DNA of 32,000 nt, from assembly GCA_030606485.1 (NCBI GenBank), contig JAUWGH010000006.1, positions 30,001 through 62,000 on the forward strand, given 5' to 3'. The notes beneath the pieces are model-generated. The model was not told where the DNA came from and made no database searches. It saw only the letters and a list, made by a program, of their open reading frames with translations. The stretch's first letter is position 1; each line of letters starts with the position of its first letter. Of this stretch, positions 27,735-32,000 are shown in pieces. The DNA comes from Promethearchaeota archaeon. GTDB lineage: Archaea; Asgardarchaeota; Lokiarchaeia; Sigyniarchaeales; SOKP01. The translations under genes and the position numbers were made by a program.

Positions 27735-28865
27735 CTACTTTTTTTTACTCTTTTTTAATTCTTGCTTTATTTTTTCAATCTTGGTATTTTCAATCCAATA
27801 ACGAATTTTTGATTTCGATAATAATGATTTAATTCGATTATTTAATTTTCGGAATATTTTCTTGTCAGCTTCAGATAATTGCGGGATCTTTTCTAAAGAA
27901 TAATCTTCTTCAGAAGGTATAGTTAGTTCTTCTTCTGGTAATGGAATTTGTATCTGCTCTTTTTTATCCAATAACTTCTCTCTTAAAATTCTTTTAATAT
28001 TTTTTCTCCAGCCCTGTATCCAGGGAAAATTTTCTTTAACTTTTGGGTCTTCGATTTCAATATCAAAACGTTTAACTATTATTAGATCCTCAGGACAACT
28101 GTTTTGGCATGCTCCGCAATATATACAATCATCTTCTTTCACTGCAATTTTTCCGTATTTCTTAACATCTTCGGCAGTTTCAGGAATAAAAAAAGATTCG
28201 GTGGGACAAATATTCACACAAGCCTTGCAACCTGTTGGATCGCATCGATGAAGCATATTTTGTTTAATTATAACCTCTCCTTTAATCGGAGATTCTATTT
28301 TAAAACATTTTGTTGGACATTCTTTTTGAATTTTTAAGAAATCTTTAATATGATTTCCATCTTGAACTTTTAGACATAAATTACAAATCTCATTTTTGAT
28401 GTCTTTAATGCATTTTTTAAGGTCAATCTTAAAAAAAGGTTTAAGCTTTGGATATTGGCTTAAAATTAATTGTTCTTCAGGTTTAATAGTTGTTTCATAT
28501 ACATCATTTATACAAACAACAGGACATAACATGCAATAACAGCATTTATCATAATCAATTATGATATAAGGTGCATTCTCTATAATACCTTGTGCGATTT
28601 CAGGAACTGGACCTAATTCAATTGCGTCTGTGGGGCAAACTAATTTACAAAAACTGCATCCAACACATTTATTCAAATCATAAATTAATTTTTTATTAAC
28701 ATCTTTAAATTTCCAAAAAAAAACTAATTTCTCGTTTTCAACATCTGTGGCTTTTAATATATCATCGATCTGCTCTTCTTGAGCATTTAAATCTTTAGAT
28801 TCTTTATCGTTAGATCTCGAAATTATAATCAGAGTCCAATCGTTTATGAAATTTACCAGTTCCAA
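27735..28865 (-). CDS. fwdF: Polyferredoxin, formylmethanofuran dehydrogenase subunit F-like (reduced cluster count)
   Basis: CVGCSFCKLVCP-TDAIELGPVPEIAQG...APYIIIDYDK-CCYCMLCPVVC; CDPTGCKACVNICP; CIYCGACQNSCP. The LGPVPEIA insert is as in FwdF-type proteins. Confidence 0.7.
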   Translation of the reverse strand: MELVNFINDWTLIIISRSNDKESKDLNAQEEQIDDILKATDVENEKLVFFWKFKDVNKKLIYDLNKCVGCSFCKLVCPTDAIELGPVPEIAQGIIENAPYIIIDYDKCCYCMLCPVVCINDVYETTIKPEEQLILSQYPKLKPFFKIDLKKCIKDIKNEICNLCLKVQDGNHIKDFLKIQKECPTKCFKIESPIKGEVIIKQNMLHRCDPTGCKACVNICPTESFFIPETAEDVKKYGKIAVKEDDCIYCGACQNSCPEDLIIVKRFDIEIEDPKVKENFPWIQGWRKNIKRILREKLLDKKEQIQIPLPEEELTIPSEEDYSLEKIPQLSEADKKIFRKLNNRIKSLLSKSKIRYWIENTKIEKIKQELKKSKKK

Positions 28866-28990
28866 TTAAAATATAATATTTACTAAATAAAAATTTCACT
28901 TCTATAAATTTTTAATTAGCCCCACTAAAATAAGCTTCTTAAAATTATGTTTTTAGTAACATCGAATAAGGAAAACTAATTTTTTTTTAA

Positions 28991-29785
28991 TTAAAAATCA
29001 AAAAACCAATCATTTTCATCTTCTTTCCATAGAAAATCCATCAATTTAGACATATCTTTTAATAAAATTTTAATTGAAATTTCACTTTTTGCCTGTTCTA
29101 TCTCATCTCTCTTGAGATAAAACATCTCATCAATTAGATTTTCGATATTAAATCTCCCAAAGAACTTTTCTGGACTGAAAAAGAAGGTTGATAAGATCTC
29201 CTTACCTTGATTTCTATATACTTTAGATAAACCTGATTCTTCATTATATAACATATCTAAATTTTCCTTAATTTTTCCCAATAAACACTCTTTTCTTAAA
29301 ATAATATTATTTCGTTTATAATCTAAATTTTTAAGTTCATTATCTAATTCTTTAATCTTCTTACCTAAGTAATGAATTTTTTCGGATTCATCCTTAAACT
29401 CATCTAAATCTGCAAAAATTTCAGAAATTTGCTCATTGATTATATCTGATTTTTCATCTTTTTGATCTAAATTGTGTGTAATATTGAAATAGTTGGGAGA
29501 TAAATCAATGTGTATTGAAATATTATCTTTTATCTTATATGCTTTCCCCTTTTTACCAGAAATATCAAATTCCTCTACGATATAAAATTTTTTAAGTAAT
29601 TCCATCTGACTGTGAACTGCTTGTCTTGAAATTTTTAAAGTATCAGATAATTCTTTAATAGTTAATGGAACCTTCGCAGTCTTACTTAAAATTGCTCTTC
29701 TTGTAGGATTTCCTATAATCTCTAAAAAAGTATCAAGATTTCTTTCCTTCCTATTTTTTATTTCTTTTATAACGATTTTATCCAC
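28991..29785 (-). CDS. ArsR-type HTH regulator with coiled coil, Phr/HSR1-like heat-shock regulator
   Basis: FLEIIGNPTRRAIL...ELSDTLKISRQAVHSQMELL...YKIKDNISIHIDLSPNYF followed by a coiled coil; directly downstream of cdc48. Confidence 0.72.
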   Translation of the reverse strand: MDKIVIKEIKNRKERNLDTFLEIIGNPTRRAILSKTAKVPLTIKELSDTLKISRQAVHSQMELLKKFYIVEEFDISGKKGKAYKIKDNISIHIDLSPNYFNITHNLDQKDEKSDIINEQISEIFADLDEFKDESEKIHYLGKKIKELDNELKNLDYKRNNIILRKECLLGKIKENLDMLYNEESGLSKVYRNQGKEILSTFFFSPEKFFGRFNIENLIDEMFYLKRDEIEQAKSEISIKILLKDMSKLMDFLWKEDENDWFFDF

Positions 29786-29814
29786 CTTTTTTTATTACTG
29801 ATTTTTCTTAAATT

Positions 29815-32000
29815 TTAACCATATAAACTTTCTTCTGGACCCACCGTTCTCTTAGCTCTCATATAAGATTTCGTATGTTCATCTGCACGCTTCAAAATTT
29901 TGTCAATAGCTTGTTCAAAATGCTTTTTTTCAATTTTAATAGTTTCGATTTTTTCCTTTTCTTCATTTAATATTTGCTTTTGTAAAACTGCTTCTCTAAT
30001 GGCCAGTAATGTAGCTTCTTCACTTATTGCTTGAACATCTGCACCAGTATAACCATCTAATTTTTCTGCTAATTTATCTATATTTACATTATCATCAATT
30101 GGCTTTTCTTTTAAATGGATTTTAAAGATTTCAATAAGCGCTTCCTTATCCGGTAAATTAATTTGAACATGTCTCCCAAATCTTCCTGCTCTTAATAGAG
30201 CAGGGTCTAACATATCTGGTCTGTTCGTGGCTGCAACTAATACAACGTCCCTTAATTCTTCTAATCCATCCATTTCAGTTAAAAGTTGAGAAATTACTTG
30301 TTCAGATACCTGAGAACCTATATGCATGCCTCTTATACTTGCAATTGCATCGATCTCATCGAAAAATATAATACAAGGAGCTGCCATTCTTGCCTTTCTA
30401 AAGGTTTCTCTAACGGCTTTTTCGCTCTCTCCAACCCATTTTGAAAAAAATTCAGGACCTTTTACGGAAATAAAATTTACTTCACTCTCGTGAGCTAAGG
30501 CTCTTGCTAATAATGTTTTGCCTGTTCCAGGTGGGCCAAATAGTAATATTCCATTTGGTGGTTTTGAATTCATATGCTTATATAGGTTTGGATATTTAAG
30601 TGGCCATTCAATAATCTCTTTTAATTGCTGTTTTGCATCTTCTAATCCGCCAACATCATCCCAGGTTTCTTTAGGCGTAGTTATTAATACTTCCCTTAAT
30701 GCCGATGGTTCAATACTAGTGAGTGCTTGATTAAAATCCTCCATCGTAATCTGAATTTTATTTAAAATCTCTGCTGGTATTGGTTTCTCCATATCTATTT
30801 CAGGTAAAATACGCCTTAAACTTAACATAGCTGATTCTTTAGCTAATGCTTCAATATCAGCTCCTACAAATCCATGGGTTCTATCTGCTAATTCTTCTAA
30901 GTCAACATCCTTATATAAGGGCATTCCTCTTGTATGAATTTGCAAGATCTCATAACGTCCGTCTCTATTTGGAACACCAATAACGATTTCTCTATCAAAC
31001 CTGCCTGGACGCCTTAATGCCTCGTCAATATCATTCACTCTATTTGTTGCTCCAATAACAATTATTTCTCCTCTCGATTTCAAACCATCCATAAGAGATA
31101 ACAATTGAGCAACAACCCTTCTCTCAACTTCTCCAGTAACTTCACCTCTCTTGGGAGCTATAGAATCTAATTCATCAATAAAAATAATCGAAGGAGCATT
31201 TTTTTTCGCGTCTTCAAATATATTTCTCAAATTTTCTTCACTTTGCCCATAAAATTTACTCATTATTTCTGGACCTGAAATAGTTATGAAATGTGCATCT
31301 GTTTCATAAGCAACTGCTCTTGCTAATAATGTTTTACCCGTTCCCGGTGGTCCATGCAAGAGAACTCCTTTTGGCGGAGATATGCCCGCTCTTTTAAATA
31401 ATTCTGGATGTCTCATCGGTAACTCAATCATTTCTCTAATTTTTCTAATCTCTTCATATAACCCTCCGATATCTTCATAAGTTACTCGTAATTTTTCAGC
31501 AGCTTCGATTTCTTCTACCGCCTTTTCTGAAACTATTATTCTAGTCTTAGTATGAATTCTAACTGCCTCAGCTTGAGGAGTAAATTTCGTAATCATAAAA
31601 TCAAATCTTTGTCCCATTGCATAAAAACTAATGATATCTCCTTTTGTAACTACACGATTATCTAATAAATTTGCTAATGCTTTTGAATCCCTTATAACTA
31701 CTGGCCTTCCAATTGAAGCAAACGTAATAGTTCCTGCCAGTTTAGCTTCTATTTTTCTTACAGTAACCCAATCATCAATAGAAGCGCCAAGATTTCGCCT
31801 TAATGAACTGTCTAATCTAATGATACTCGATCCAACATCTACTTGTCTGCCAGGATATAATAATCCAGCTGTTCTTTTGTCTTTATTCTCATTATAAACT
31901 TCAATTACATCTCCTGTTCCTAAATTGTGTTTTCTAGATATCAATGGATCTATACGTAAAATACCACGACCAGAATCTTCTTTTAATGCATCTGCAATCC
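29815..32000 (-). CDS. cdc48: Cdc48/VCP family AAA+ ATPase (N-terminus beyond the window end)
   Basis: The frame stays open past the ORF-track start ([18 protein letters not shown]...). Two Walker [12 protein letters not shown], Walker B IIFIDE / [15 protein letters not shown]-terminal LYG. Confidence 0.96.
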   Translation of the reverse strand, partial: IADALKEDSGRGILRIDPLISRKHNLGTGDVIEVYNENKDKRTAGLLYPGRQVDVGSSIIRLDSSLRRNLGASIDDWVTVRKIEAKLAGTITFASIGRPVVIRDSKALANLLDNRVVTKGDIISFYAMGQRFDFMITKFTPQAEAVRIHTKTRIIVSEKAVEEIEAAEKLRVTYEDIGGLYEEIRKIREMIELPMRHPELFKRAGISPPKGVLLHGPPGTGKTLLARAVAYETDAHFITISGPEIMSKFYGQSEENLRNIFEDAKKNAPSIIFIDELDSIAPKRGEVTGEVERRVVAQLLSLMDGLKSRGEIIVIGATNRVNDIDEALRRPGRFDREIVIGVPNRDGRYEILQIHTRGMPLYKDVDLEELADRTHGFVGADIEALAKESAMLSLRRILPEIDMEKPIPAEILNKIQITMEDFNQALTSIEPSALREVLITTPKETWDDVGGLEDAKQQLKEIIEWPLKYPNLYKHMNSKPPNGILLFGPPGTGKTLLARALAHESEVNFISVKGPEFFSKWVGESEKAVRETFRKARMAAPCIIFFDEIDAIASIRGMHIGSQVSEQVISQLLTEMDGLEELRDVVLVAATNRPDMLDPALLRAGRFGRHVQINLPDKEALIEIFKIHLKEKPIDDNVNIDKLAEKLDGYTGADVQAISEEATLLAIREAVLQKQILNEEKEKIETIKIEKKHFEQAIDKILKRADEHTKSYMRAKRTVGPEESLYG

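Noticed and set aside
891-31897. Short opposite-strand ORFs in the track (e.g. 891-1274, 1560-1742, 3682-3903, 5119-5424, 9323-9559, 10246-10476, 11055-11381, 23923-24156, 25892-26200, 28104-28337, 31631-31897)
   Set aside because: They are shadows of well-supported genes on the other strand and have no recognisable motifs.
1-32000. tRNA, rRNA, CRISPR array, IS element or integrase
   Set aside because: No cloverleaf, GC-rich rRNA-like tract, regularly spaced repeat-spacer array or recombinase/transposase motif was found by eye. A tRNAscan/Infernal run would be the definitive check.

Overview
Low-GC archaeal chromosomal window, most likely Asgard (Lokiarchaeia-like). This is inferred from an archaeal histone, proteasome beta subunit, Cdc48, archaeal Asd, Nog1 GTPase, a RING-finger protein and methanofuran-pathway genes. 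About 29 CDS are present, with UvrA-like and Cdc48 truncated at the edges. I saw no rRNA, tRNA, CRISPR, transposase or integrase. Main signals: (1) an MFS transporter + GH2 glycosidase cassette (~3.8 kb) bracketed by two ungapped 418-bp direct repeats (26 mismatches by hand count), each a complete copy of a small Cys-rich gene, sitting between mfnF-mfnE and a fwdF-like gene with no mobility gene; (2) a proteasome beta subunit lacking catalytic Thr1 and Ser129, with eukaryotic beta3-like motifs, directly upstream of a coiled-coil protein with a C-terminal C4HC3 RING; (3) a PadR-BtrH-like-DUF3795-GyrI-like-UvrA-like operon with a tandem palindromic operator, possibly a genotoxin-resistance module; (4) non-coding structure: a 72-nt nested hairpin and a 22-bp-periodic repeat array; (5) a Phr/HSR1-like regulator behind cdc48. 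All family assignments come from motif recognition by eye; no database search was run.
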